A stretch of DNA of 64,000 nucleotides from Candidatus Kerfeldbacteria bacterium (GCA_963731735.1 CAVSWO010000002.1:756257-820256); one strand, 5' to 3'. Shown: positions 1 through 9,092, counted from the first letter of the stretch. A program made the numbers and translations. Notes: generated from the letters alone by a model not told the origin.

Positions 1-437
1 CGGCGACCGCTCAACCCGGCCTGCAGGGCACAGTCCTCGGCAAGGTTGATTTCGGCATCCGGTTACTGGGCAAACAAATCCGTCGCGCCAAACGTAAATT
101 CCGAATCCGAGCCACCTTTGATACTCAGGTAGCTGTCATCGATTATCTCCCAGGCATGCAGGCGAAACCCCCGGGCGGCAGCCATCCGCCGAGCGGATAT
201 TTTTTGTCGGTGGCTGAAGGGTTTGGCGACCAGCGCACCATCACCGATCTGATTCGGAAATTGGCGCCGGTGCCGATCGCGGTCTATGCGCCGGGCGGTC
301 AGGGGTCGTTGCCGACGAATGCCTTGATTCTGCGTGATCCAAATCGAACCAATGCCTTACTCCGCTTTATGTGGGCCCTCGGCCAGACGCATGATCCGAA
401 AAAAATCCAGGCCCTGCTGACTCGGGAGACAACCTGA
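1..437 (+). CDS. 5'-truncated protein resembling an L-asparaginase C-terminal domain
   Basis: Frame is open from position 3 to TGA 437; FDTQVAVIDYLPG and ALLRFMWALGQT.D resemble the asparaginase C-terminal domain. Confidence 0.45.
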   Translation, partial: ATAQPGLQGTVLGKVDFGIRLLGKQIRRAKRKFRIRATFDTQVAVIDYLPGMQAKPPGGSHPPSGYFLSVAEGFGDQRTITDLIRKLAPVPIAVYAPGGQGSLPTNALILRDPNRTNALLRFMWALGQTHDPKKIQALLTRETT

Positions 438-1045
438 TGCATATTTACTTTTACGGTCCGCCGACCAAAGCCCAAGCCGCGCTGGATACCTACCAGATAA
501 TTAAAGACAGCCTGCGACAAAATGATATTTGGCTGTCCACCAACACCGAATCGGATGAAGTCCAGGTCTCGGCTGAAGTTATGGCCGAAGCCAAACAGAC
601 CAACGTCCCGCTGCTCGAGCGGATGGACGCCTTTTTAATTGAAGGCTCGACCAACGATCCGCAAGTCGGTTTTCTGTTGGCCCAGGCCCTGGCCCAGGGT
701 AAGCCGACCCTCTACTTGTACCGCCGCGGCATTGTGCCGCAAATATTTCAGCACCTGTCGCAAAAAGAACTGCCAAAGCACCTACACGCGGTCGCCTACA
801 CCGAGACCGGCTTGTCGAAAGCCGTCCAGGCCTTTCTGGAACAACTGACCGGTATGAAAATCAAGCAGGTTCCGCGCCACAAGTTCACGCTGCGGATTAC
901 CGACGCGATCGAGGAATTCCTGCATTTCAAAACGCATAATACCAAACAGACCAAAGCCGATTTTCTCCGGGAAAAAATTGAGGATTGGATGGAATCGGAT
1001 AGTGATTGGCAGCAGCATCAGCGTCGCCGACGTCGGCGCGAATAA
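437..1045 (+). CDS. nucleoside 2-deoxyribosyltransferase-like protein with C-terminal ribbon-helix-helix-like segment
   Basis: DAFLIEGS..DPQVGFLLAQAL..GKPTLYLY is NDT-like; C-terminal KFTLRI...KADFLREKI is RHH-like. Confidence 0.55.
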   Translation: MHIYFYGPPTKAQAALDTYQIIKDSLRQNDIWLSTNTESDEVQVSAEVMAEAKQTNVPLLERMDAFLIEGSTNDPQVGFLLAQALAQGKPTLYLYRRGIVPQIFQHLSQKELPKHLHAVAYTETGLSKAVQAFLEQLTGMKIKQVPRHKFTLRITDAIEEFLHFKTHNTKQTKADFLREKIEDWMESDSDWQQHQRRRRRRE

Positions 1046-1057
1046 AAAAACTCCCCG

Positions 1058-1306
1058 TTACTTCCGGGAAGTTGGGGAGGTGTACGGGTGGTCGCTCGAC
1101 CGAAGGCCGTGTCCGACCAGGAGCACCAGTACCAGGGCCACGATGATGCCGGGCCAGTTGCCGAAGAACTTGACCCACGGTGCGATGATGGTAAACAGGC
1201 TACTGTCCTGCAGTTGGGTGACTTGGGCGATGGGGGCGCTGAAGAAACTCTTCAGCCAGGCGGACGCCAGCAAACCGCACAGCAGAATGAACGCGAGGGT
1301 GCGCAC
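1058..1306 (-). CDS. small membrane protein
   Basis: GGAGG RBS before GTG start; two hydrophobic segments. Confidence 0.5.
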   Translation of the reverse strand: MRTLAFILLCGLLASAWLKSFFSAPIAQVTQLQDSSLFTIIAPWVKFFGNWPGIIVALVLVLLVGHGLRSSDHPYTSPTSRK

Positions 1307-1425
1307 GATGATCCTCCATGAACAAGCGCACTGAATTCGGGGCGGACCTGGGTAGTTATAATAAATAAATAAAAATCACGCAAGGGCGATGCCGGCCTTT
1401 GCCCCCTCCAGCCATCTTTAAGCAA

Positions 1426-1612
1426 ACTGAAAACCGTGTACGCTTCGACGTACAGGCGATGCTTTTGTTGGGCGTATAAGAGTCTTGACAGAGACGCGTT
1501 GTTACCACCGCGCTCCCGACCAGAACATCAGCCGAGCAGATTTCCGCGAGGGAGACCTACCCGACGCCATCGCAAGCCCATTCCGGCTCACACGCCGTCA
1601 TCAGTTTTCAGT
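1426..1612 (-). ncRNA. candidate structured non-coding RNA (~190 nt)
   Basis: Closing helix ACTGAAAAC/GTTTTCAGT; nested GCGATG/CATCGC and GGCGT/ACGCC pairings; local hairpins; minus-strand TTGACA at 1643-1648. Confidence 0.35.
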
Positions 1613-1705
1613 CTCTGAATGAAATCACACCAGAACCGAAGGTGTCAATCCCGAATGCTAGCCCTTTACGGACCGGAGGGTGGGGTGTAGGCTTGGGTTA
1701 TAAAT

Positions 1706-1749
1706 ACTGGTTATTATCCGAACCAAGTTCGCATAATAACCAGTTGTCC
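1706..1749 (+). mobile_element. first recombination site of the cassette array (degenerate attC/attI-like)
   Basis: Hairpin ACTGGTTATTAT..ATAATAACCAGT ending in core GTTGTCC (1743-1749), complementary to GGACAAC at the end of the next cassette. Confidence 0.5.
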
Positions 1750-1776
1750 GAAATAACAATAGATTAAAATAATAAT

Positions 1777-2415
1777 GTGATTTATTTAATTGGTGGTCCG
1801 CCAAAATGCGGCAAGACAACGCTTGCCAAAAAATTGTCCCGCAAACTTAAAATACCATGGGTCGCGGCCGATACCCTGCAAGTTGTGGCGCAAAAATATG
1901 TCAAAAAATACGTCTCCCGAAATGAGTTTCGAAGGTTATATCCGAGTTCAGTAAACAAAGGCAAAACGACCGATGAGACCTATTCTTTACGTACCCCAAG
2001 ACAACGGGCGCGGGATTACCAACAACAAGCAAAGGCAAGCTACGATGGTATTGAAATGTTTTCACTTTGTGAAATCAAGGATCAAAACGACTACATCATC
2101 GAAGGATTTCAGGTCACGCCACAACTTGCAGCAAGGTTGATAAAAAAGTACGGTGCACGTAACTTTCGCGTACTTTTCCTGTATAAACAAGATTCGGAGA
2201 AATTTGTTAGAGACGTGCGAAAAAGTTCAACACCAAATGACTGGATTCTGCGGGATACTAAACATCATCGAACTCTTTACAAGATAGCTGAAATGGTTAG
2301 CATTTATGGACAATTTTTTGTCCGCGAATCAAAAAAGTACAAGTTTAAGTCACTCTCGATGGACAGCGATTTTGGCGGACAACTTACAAAAGCGATTGTA
2401 TTACTTTCAAATTAA
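1777..2415 (+). CDS. P-loop kinase (2-phosphoglycerate kinase-like), gene cassette
   Basis: Walker A GGPPKCGKTT; IIEG Walker B-like; AT-rich; bounded by att-like sites. Confidence 0.7.
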   Translation: MIYLIGGPPKCGKTTLAKKLSRKLKIPWVAADTLQVVAQKYVKKYVSRNEFRRLYPSSVNKGKTTDETYSLRTPRQRARDYQQQAKASYDGIEMFSLCEIKDQNDYIIEGFQVTPQLAARLIKKYGARNFRVLFLYKQDSEKFVRDVRKSSTPNDWILRDTKHHRTLYKIAEMVSIYGQFFVRESKKYKFKSLSMDSDFGGQLTKAIVLLSN

Positions 2416-2430
2416 CCCTATTGTTACTCC

Positions 2431-2487
2431 GGACAACAGCGTCTATACGAAATAGCAAGTACTTCGTATGAGACGCAAACGTTGTAC
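2431..2487 (+). mobile_element. attC-like site (57 bp)
   Basis: GGACAAC...GCGTCTATACGAA..TTCGTATGAGACGC...GTTGTAC; inverted arms with one extrahelical base. Confidence 0.75.
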
Positions 2488-2557
2488 GAAATTCTCTTTG
2501 TGAAAAACTTGTAAAAATGATGGTTTTGGCACTTTTTATTAACTTATTCTTGAACAA

Positions 2558-3319
2558 ATGGAAGAACAAAGTGGTGGTTTTAGAAAGTTTCTAAGTACGC
2601 GTGCCGGAAAATGGACGATAGCTGCGGCGGTTATTTTTGTGCTTTATTTGATCGGAAATAACAGCTTGAAAAATGCTCAGGAACAAGTTAACGCCAATCA
2701 AGCCAATACAAACAGCGAGACTAATACGAATATTGCAGTCACAGCTAACAATACCAATCAAGAGCAGCCTCAAGCTAACACCAACACACAAATAAATAAC
2801 AACACAGCAACAGCTCCTGTTTCAACTAATACTAATAAAAACTCAGCCCCTACTAACACCAATAATAATCCAGCGCCAACATCGAACGAAACGACTAGTC
2901 AAAAAAATGCCGTCGCGTCAGCAAAAATTTATTTAAGCACTGGTGCATTTTCCCACGATGGTTTAGTTGCTCAATTAGAGTATGAAAAATTTTCACACGC
3001 GGATGCTGTGTATGGAGCGGATCATTCTGGCGGTGATTGGAATGCTCAAGCCGTTAAATCGGCTAAGGCTTACTTAACCACCTCCGCATTTTCTCATGAT
3101 GGACTAGTTGCTCAACTGGAGTACGAAAAATTCACAGAAGCTCAGGCAGTATACGGAGCAGACAATTCAGGTGGTGACTGGATGGTGCAAGCTGAAAAAG
3201 CCGCCAAAGCATACATGGATAATTCGTCTTTTTCACGCGATGGTTTGATCGCACAGTTAAAATACGATAAGTTCACACAAGCCCAAGCAGAACATGGGGC
3301 TGACTCAGTTGGACTATAA
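2558..3319 (+). CDS. Ltp-family surface protein with three Ltp repeats, gene cassette
   Basis: N-terminal TM helix, N/T-rich linker, three repeats A..SAK.YL....FS.DGL.AQL.YEKF..A.A.YGAD. Confidence 0.8.
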   Translation: MEEQSGGFRKFLSTRAGKWTIAAAVIFVLYLIGNNSLKNAQEQVNANQANTNSETNTNIAVTANNTNQEQPQANTNTQINNNTATAPVSTNTNKNSAPTNTNNNPAPTSNETTSQKNAVASAKIYLSTGAFSHDGLVAQLEYEKFSHADAVYGADHSGGDWNAQAVKSAKAYLTTSAFSHDGLVAQLEYEKFTEAQAVYGADNSGGDWMVQAEKAAKAYMDNSSFSRDGLIAQLKYDKFTQAQAEHGADSVGL

Positions 3320-3373
3320 GGGCCGAGAATAAAAAGTGCCAAAATTGAATTGTTTTTCACAAAAGAGAACTCC

Positions 3374-3430
3374 GTACAACAGCGCGTATACGATATGCTT
3401 CGCAGGATCGTATACGCGCAAACGTTAGTC
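3374..3430 (+). mobile_element. attC-like site (57 bp)
   Basis: GTACAAC-AGCGCGTATACGAT..ATCGTATACGCGC-AAAC-GTTAGTC. Confidence 0.75.
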
Positions 3431-3715
3431 GAAATATTTCTTTTCTTTTCTCGGGCTGTCGCCGAAGCGGAGAACAATCTATTAAATTTCTTTCTTTACA
3501 GCCCTACTCAGATAGCGGCTGTTAAGTCTTGACAAAACCTAGTAAACACCCTATACTGCCACGTCTATCATTCTTACTTTGTAATGTCTGTGGTAGCAAC
3601 GAGAGCATAGCTTAACCGTGCTTTGATTGTTGCCGCGGAAACGCCGTGGTGACTTACGCGCCCCACTTAGCGATCTTGGGTCAACTCAAGACGCAAAGAA
3701 GAATGGAGACGTGTT

Positions 3716-4147
3716 ATGTCAAGCCTGGTTCTTTTGAACAACGAAGGTGTCGTCGCCCGCAAGCTCCAGCTCGTTTCACTACCAGACGATTACATCGTAC
3801 CTGAAGGGATGTTGGTCAGCTGGAGGATGGAAGTCGAATCTTGGTCGCGGGATTCCTTGGCAAGCCTCCTCAAGCCAGGGCCAGAGCCAGTGGAGGCATA
3901 CTTCTACCTCGGTAATGCACGTGCACAGGTCAATCGTACAAGCATCGAGCCATTCGTGGGCGGTGACTTCGGTCGGATGCGTTACGGCCTTCGGATCCTG
4001 ACCATCACGGTACAGGGAACTTCGGCAAAAGATGTGATGGCGTTGCGTGATCGCATCATGCACCTCGTCACCACAGGTGCTCACTGGGCAGTGAGCAACG
4101 ACCTGAATCCAAAGCGCGGGTTCCTGCACAGGCTCATGGGGAAATAG
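3716..4147 (+). CDS. hypothetical protein, cassette with its own promoter
   Basis: TTGACA..TATACT at ~3529-3557, GGAG RBS, downstream hairpin. Confidence 0.6.
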   Translation: MSSLVLLNNEGVVARKLQLVSLPDDYIVPEGMLVSWRMEVESWSRDSLASLLKPGPEPVEAYFYLGNARAQVNRTSIEPFVGGDFGRMRYGLRILTITVQGTSAKDVMALRDRIMHLVTTGAHWAVSNDLNPKRGFLHRLMGK

Positions 4148-4277
4148 GACTTCCTCTGCAACATGGCCGCTTAGTAGCGAAAGCGAACGGCGGCCTTCTC
4201 ATTTCCTCATGAAGAGAAATTTGAAAGATTTTTTCCCGCGCCCCGCTACGACGGGAAAAAAAATAAGGAATACGTTC

Positions 4278-4334
4278 AGCTAACAGCGCGTATATGATAT
4301 ACTTCGTACAATCATATGCGCGCAAACGTTGTTA
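4278..4334 (+). mobile_element. attC-like site (57 bp)
   Basis: AGCTAAC-AGCGCGTATATGAT..ATCATATGCGCGC-AAAC-GTTGTTAGGT. Confidence 0.7.
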
Positions 4335-4440
4335 GGTGAAATAGTGCGCGTATGTCTGGATTCTTTTACAGGTTATACATAAAGTGTTCTTTGGCAGGAA
4401 AATCATCTTAGGGGACGTGGCAATCCAAGAAAAGGAGGGA

Positions 4441-4752
4441 ATGGTCATGTTCTTTCGGCCTGGTAAGAAGAAAGAGTTGACTCTGGAACAACAGATCCTT
4501 CGTGAGCTGTTCAACAACGGCCCAATGGACGGAGCTCAGATCGCTGCCAAGTTGTTGGAGCTTGACGAGATCAAGCTTAGATCGGCACTTTCATCGCTGA
4601 TCGAATCAGGGCTCATTGAGTTCAGGGAAGAGCAGAGCGACACCGAGGATTTCTTCTGTCTTGTGTGGGGTAAAGCAACAAGCTTCCGAAAAAAGACACG
4701 TGAGCAACGGAAGTTGCAGGCGAGGCGGGTCCTTAACACCACTCAGGCGTAG
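4441..4752 (+). CDS. small winged-helix-like protein, gene cassette
   Basis: AAGGAGG RBS; ILRELFNNGPMDGAQIAAKL....LRSALSSLIESGLIE wHTH pattern. Confidence 0.55.
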   Translation: MVMFFRPGKKKELTLEQQILRELFNNGPMDGAQIAAKLLELDEIKLRSALSSLIESGLIEFREEQSDTEDFFCLVWGKATSFRKKTREQRKLQARRVLNTTQA

Positions 4753-4849
4753 CAAGTCCATCGCAGTGTTTCACTGAGGGAAACAGTATGTTTCCCTCGT
4801 CCCCTAAGAGGAATTTCAATCGCTGTCAAAGAAAATCGCAAACTACACC

Positions 4850-4906
4850 CCCTAACAGCACCTATCCGACATATCGAATACGTCCTATGAGACGCAAACG
4901 TTAGCT
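4850..4906 (+). mobile_element. attC-like site (57 bp, degenerate arms)
   Basis: CCCTAAC-AGCACCTAT...TATGAGACGC-AAAC-GTTAGCT; right arm matches the 2431 site. Confidence 0.65.
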
Positions 4907-5023
4907 GCATCCATTGACGCAGCTCTCAGCGCATAGTATAGTATGTCTCTGCCTACGCTCGTACCTTGGCTGACAGGCGCGCCCACGAGGCGCTTTTTTA
5001 GAGGATACCGTCATCAATTTTTT

Positions 5024-6841
5024 ATGGAACGCCGCAAGGATATCAGAAACATCGCCATTATTGCTCACGTTGACCACGGCAAAACAACCCTGGTAGACGC
5101 GATGCTCAAGCAGACCCAAGCCGCGCGCAATTTAGACGATATGGGCGAGCGAATTTTGGATTCGATGGATCAGGAACGAGAACGGGGGATTACCATCCGG
5201 GCCAAGAACGCCTCGGTCGTCTATCATGCCATCAAAATAAATATCATCGATACGCCGGGCCACGCGGACTTCGGCGGCGAAGTCGAACGGACGCTGCGAA
5301 TGGCCGACGGGGTCCTGTTGCTGGTGGACGCCAAGGAAGGGCCGATGCCACAAACGAAATTCGTGACCCGCAAGGCGCTGGAACTCGGCTTGAAAGCGAT
5401 TGTGGTGGTCAACAAAATCGACAAAGCGGATGCCGATCCGGACGAAGCGGTCAATAAAACCTTTGACCTATTCGGCACCCTGAATGCCACGCATGAGCAG
5501 CTCGATTTCCCGATCGTGTACGCCTCGGCGATTGCCGGAACCGCCACCCTGGATCTGACCAAACCCGGCACGGACTTACAACCGCTGTTTGAAACGATAT
5601 TGCAGCACATTCCGGGCCCGGAGATTCGGTCGAATGATCCGCTGCAATTACTGGTCTTGGCCCTGGCCAATGATAACTACAAAGGCACGCTCGGGATCGG
5701 AAAAATTTTAGCCGGCAAGATCCGCAAAGGGCAGCCGGTGGCGCGGGTCAAACGCGACGGCACGATTGACCGCAGCAAGGTGACCGATATTTTGGTTTAT
5801 CAGGGCTTAGCGCAAACGGCGGTGGAGGAAGCCGAAGCCGGTGAAATCGTGGCGGTGGCCGGGATCGAAAAAATTGCGATTGGGGAGACGATCGCGGACG
5901 CCGAACAGCCGGTGGCCATACCGCCGGTTGACGTCGATCAACCGACCGTCCAAATGACCTTCGGCGTCAACACCTCGCCGTTCTCCGGCCAGGACGGGAA
6001 ACTGGTGACCTCGCGCCAGATTCGCGAACGCTTGATGAAAGAACTGGAAACGAATGTGGCGCTGCGGGTGGCCGAAACCGACAATGACAACAGCTTCCTG
6101 GTGTCGGGTCGGGGGGAATTGCACCTGGCGGTCCTGATTGAACAAATGCGCCGGGAAGGTTTTGAATTGCAGGTTTCCCAGCCGCAGGTGATTTTGCATG
6201 AAGCCAACGGCCAAAAGTTGGAGCCGTATGAACTGGTTACGATTGACGTGCCGGCCAACTATCAGGGAGCGGTGATTGAGGAGTGCGGCCGACGCAAGGG
6301 CGAACTGCTCTCGATGGACACGACCCCCAGCGGCGATCTGCATCTCGAGTACGACATGCCGACCCGCGGGGTGATTGGATTAAAGTCGGCTTTGATGACC
6401 AAGTGCCGCGGCACGGCGGTGGTCAACCACCTATTCAACAAATACGAACCTTACGCGCCGGAACTGATCGACGCCAACAGCCACGGTTCGCTGATCGCCT
6501 TTGAGCACGGCAAGAGTACCGGTTACGCCCTGGACACCGCCCAACAGCGCGGCACGTTATTTATCGGCCCGGGCGTCGATGTCTATGCCGGGATGGTGGT
6601 CGGGCAAAGTGGTCGGGATGAAGACATTGAAATCAACGTGGCCAAGGAAAAGAAGCTTTCAAACATGCGTTCCAAGGCCTCTGATGCCGCGATTCTGCTG
6701 GCTCCGCCGCGGCAGATGACGCTCGAACTGGCGCTCGAGTATATCGGGAGCGACGAACTGGTGGAAGTCACGCCGCGATCGATCCGGATCCGGAAACAAA
6801 TCCTCGATTCGAACGAGCGCAAACGGACGGGGAAAACGTAA
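5024..6841 (+). CDS. typA: translational GTPase TypA/BipA
   Basis: AHVDHGKTT, RERGITI, DTPGHADFGGEVER, NKID, GRGELHL and the BipA C-terminal motif. Confidence 0.97.
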   Translation: MERRKDIRNIAIIAHVDHGKTTLVDAMLKQTQAARNLDDMGERILDSMDQERERGITIRAKNASVVYHAIKINIIDTPGHADFGGEVERTLRMADGVLLLVDAKEGPMPQTKFVTRKALELGLKAIVVVNKIDKADADPDEAVNKTFDLFGTLNATHEQLDFPIVYASAIAGTATLDLTKPGTDLQPLFETILQHIPGPEIRSNDPLQLLVLALANDNYKGTLGIGKILAGKIRKGQPVARVKRDGTIDRSKVTDILVYQGLAQTAVEEAEAGEIVAVAGIEKIAIGETIADAEQPVAIPPVDVDQPTVQMTFGVNTSPFSGQDGKLVTSRQIRERLMKELETNVALRVAETDNDNSFLVSGRGELHLAVLIEQMRREGFELQVSQPQVILHEANGQKLEPYELVTIDVPANYQGAVIEECGRRKGELLSMDTTPSGDLHLEYDMPTRGVIGLKSALMTKCRGTAVVNHLFNKYEPYAPELIDANSHGSLIAFEHGKSTGYALDTAQQRGTLFIGPGVDVYAGMVVGQSGRDEDIEINVAKEKKLSNMRSKASDAAILLAPPRQMTLELALEYIGSDELVEVTPRSIRIRKQILDSNERKRTGKT

Positions 6842-6842
6842 T

Positions 6843-8111
6843 TTACCACCGATAGCGTCCCGTCGCCGGGTCGAAGCCGACTGTTTTGCGGAACCCGACC
6901 CGATCCGGCGCGTCACGTTCGGTCATGCCCCAGAAGGCGCCCCGGGTGACCGTAAAGTCGCCGTACTTATCGTTGACCGTATCAATCGCGTCGGCTAAGG
7001 CCGGGGCGTCTTCGTGTTTAGCGCGCGGCCACAGCTCGAGTTGATTCGAGCGCGGTTGTAATTGAAATAGCACCATCCCAAGCGCGTTCGGCAAGGCGCC
7101 GCGCGGCAGGTCATCCAGCAGGAATCGCCAGCAGTGGGTAAAAATATCCCGGGTATCAACGATGGGCGCCGGAAGCCGACCACCACCGCCTCCGCCATGG
7201 CGGCCGAACTGCCCGGCCTGATACTCCGGTAGCCGATACCAGGCCCACACGCCGTGGGCCTCGAAATCATACCGGCGGAGGCGGCGACCGGCCTTGTCGC
7301 AGAGTTTGGCCAGGACCGCTTTCGGATAATCCAGGCTGGTGGCCCGACGGCCGAAGACGTGCTGGTGACCGATCGATTTCGGGATGTTCGGCGAGTGAAT
7401 GCCCGGCAGTTCAATCGCGTTAACGTTGGCCCACAGCTGGTAGCCTAGGATGCCGAAGACCTGCATCAAGTTGATGACCGGATACCGGCGTAACTGACCG
7501 AGGGTGTAAATATTCAGTCGATTGAGCCGCGGTTCGAGCCGATCGGCAATACCCCAGGCGTCGGTCAGGGTGCGGGGATCGAGCGTGGTCGAGAAATTAT
7601 CGGGATGGACAAGCAGCGTTTGTCCTTTCGGCGCGGTATCGCCAGCGAACTTGGCCAGCCAGCGCGTCGGGGCGATGCCGATTGAACACTTGAGCCATTC
7701 ACCAACTTCGGCCTGGATCCGACGGCGAACCGCTTCGCCAATGACGGCCGCTTGCTCAAAGGTTCGGACAAAGCCGCTGAGATCCATAAAGACCTCGTCA
7801 ATGCTGTAGACTTCAACCGCCTCCGTATAGGTGCGGACGATCCGCAGGAATCCTTCGGTGACGGAACGGTACTTGTTGCTGTCGTTCGGAATCAGGATGA
7901 CGTTCGGGTCGAGCGCTCGGGCCTCTTTGACTCGACAGCCGGTTTTGATGCCTTTGGCCTTGGCCTCAATCGAGGAGGCGATAATGCAGCCGTTGGGTGA
8001 TAGGGTGGCCACCACGCCGACGGCCTTTCCACGCAGGTGCGGATTGGCCTGTTGCTCCACCGAAGCGAAGTAACTGTTCATGTCTAAGTGGAGGATGATT
8101 CTCGGGGTCAT
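6843..8111 (-). CDS. dinB: Y-family DNA polymerase IV
   Basis: HLDMNSYFASVEQ, SIDEVFMD, CSIGIAPTRWLAK, PKSIG. Confidence 0.92.
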   Translation of the reverse strand: MTPRIILHLDMNSYFASVEQQANPHLRGKAVGVVATLSPNGCIIASSIEAKAKGIKTGCRVKEARALDPNVILIPNDSNKYRSVTEGFLRIVRTYTEAVEVYSIDEVFMDLSGFVRTFEQAAVIGEAVRRRIQAEVGEWLKCSIGIAPTRWLAKFAGDTAPKGQTLLVHPDNFSTTLDPRTLTDAWGIADRLEPRLNRLNIYTLGQLRRYPVINLMQVFGILGYQLWANVNAIELPGIHSPNIPKSIGHQHVFGRRATSLDYPKAVLAKLCDKAGRRLRRYDFEAHGVWAWYRLPEYQAGQFGRHGGGGGGRLPAPIVDTRDIFTHCWRFLLDDLPRGALPNALGMVLFQLQPRSNQLELWPRAKHEDAPALADAIDTVNDKYGDFTVTRGAFWGMTERDAPDRVGFRKTVGFDPATGRYRW

Positions 8112-8342
8112 AGCGTGTATTCCTGAACGGAGTCCGCCGTAGCTTTAGCGAAGACGGGCGAAGTGAAGGATCTCTGGCACCACCCGATTTTCCATCTGGT
8201 GTCGCTCACTGTACCTTTGTGGTTCTGGAGACCCTTCGGCTGCGGCCTCAGGGATACACTGGTCGAAGTGGAGGATGATTCTCGGGGTCATAGCGTGAAT
8301 TCCTGAACGGAGCCGTATCAAACGCGGCGAAGTGAAGGATCT
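8086..8342. repeat. REP/REPIN-like palindromes with a 47-bp direct repeat covering the dinB start
   Basis: 8086-8132 repeats at 8266-8312 with 1 mismatch; GTGTATTCCTGA..GAAGGATCTC faces GAGACCCTTCGG..TCAGGGATACAC. Confidence 0.8.
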
Positions 8343-8620
8343 CCATCAACCGTAAGGTCATTCCACTCGGGATTGACTGATTCAATCAGCGCAATCTTTT
8401 TCTTGCGCGTCCAACCTTTCATTTGACGTTCGGCTTCAGCCGCTTCGCTGGCAACCTGAAATTCTTGTGCATAAACTACTTTCCGTAGATGATACCGAGC
8501 GGTAAAGCTATTCGAATTCAATCTGAGCCGGTGTTCTCCAATTCGAATCAAGTCCCGACCAGTCATGCCGGTGTACAGGACGGTGTGCCATTTATTTGTC
8601 ATGATGTAGACGTGATACAT
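8318..8620 (-). CDS. small GIY-YIG nuclease (YhbQ/UPF0213-like)
   Basis: YHVYIMTN...LYTGMT, FTARY, AERQMKGWTRKKKIALIESVNPEW. Confidence 0.88.
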   Translation of the reverse strand: MYHVYIMTNKWHTVLYTGMTGRDLIRIGEHRLRLNSNSFTARYHLRKVVYAQEFQVASEAAEAERQMKGWTRKKKIALIESVNPEWNDLTVDGDPSLRRV

Positions 8621-8634
8621 AGATTGGTGGTGCC

Positions 8635-8734
8635 GTGGAGACCCTTCGGCTGCGGCCTCAGGGATACACGAAGTGTGTATTCCTGAACGGAGTCCGCCGT
8701 AGCTTTAGCGAAGGCGGGCGGAGTGAAGGATCTC
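8635..8734. repeat. REP-like palindrome pair upstream of the GIY-YIG gene
   Basis: Near-identical to units at 8115-8173 and 8226-8259. Confidence 0.8.
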
Positions 8735-8752
8735 CTTCAGTGATACGCTTAT

Positions 8753-9043
8753 TTACTGCTCATAAATCTCCTCCAAAATCCACGTCAGCTCTTCGGGGTC
8801 GTAAATCAGGACGTAGCTGTTGGCCTCATCCGAAACCGCGAAGCACCACTGCCAGCGGTCGCCGTGCTGCCGCTTGTAGGCCAGGTTGACCTTTTTGATC
8901 ACGTATTTCCGTCCCGACCAGACAAAAGCCAGCGGCCGGACCTTCGGCCCGGCAAAATCCACCGCCACCCGAATCGGATCCCGGATCTTTTCAGGGGTAG
9001 AGGAGGGGAGATTGAGCGGGGCGTTTTGGCCGCGATTGGACAT
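8753..9043 (-). CDS. small beta-rich protein co-oriented with dinB (mutagenesis-cassette accessory)
   Basis: P.AFVWSGRKY.I..V.......W...FAVSD.N...L.YDP.EL.W.LE; lies behind the LexA-like box. Confidence 0.6.
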   Translation of the reverse strand: MSNRGQNAPLNLPSSTPEKIRDPIRVAVDFAGPKVRPLAFVWSGRKYVIKKVNLAYKRQHGDRWQWCFAVSDEANSYVLIYDPEELTWILEEIYEQ

Positions 9044-9054
9044 AGGGTGATTAT

Positions 9055-9084
9055 AGTATAACCCGAATAAAAACCGAAGGTCAA
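9055..9084 (-). promoter_or_regulatory. sigma70 promoter containing a TTCGG-N6-TTCGG LexA-type box
   Basis: Minus strand: TTGACC (9079-9084), TTCGG-TTTTTA-TTCGG (9063-9078), TATACT (9055-9060). Confidence 0.7.
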
Positions 9085-9092
9085 TACTTTGC

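Noticed and set aside
2431-4906. CRISPR array interpretation of the recurring 57-bp elements
   Set aside because: Intervening sequences are 0.5-0.9 kb whole genes, repeats are degenerate with attC-type cores, and no cas genes are present
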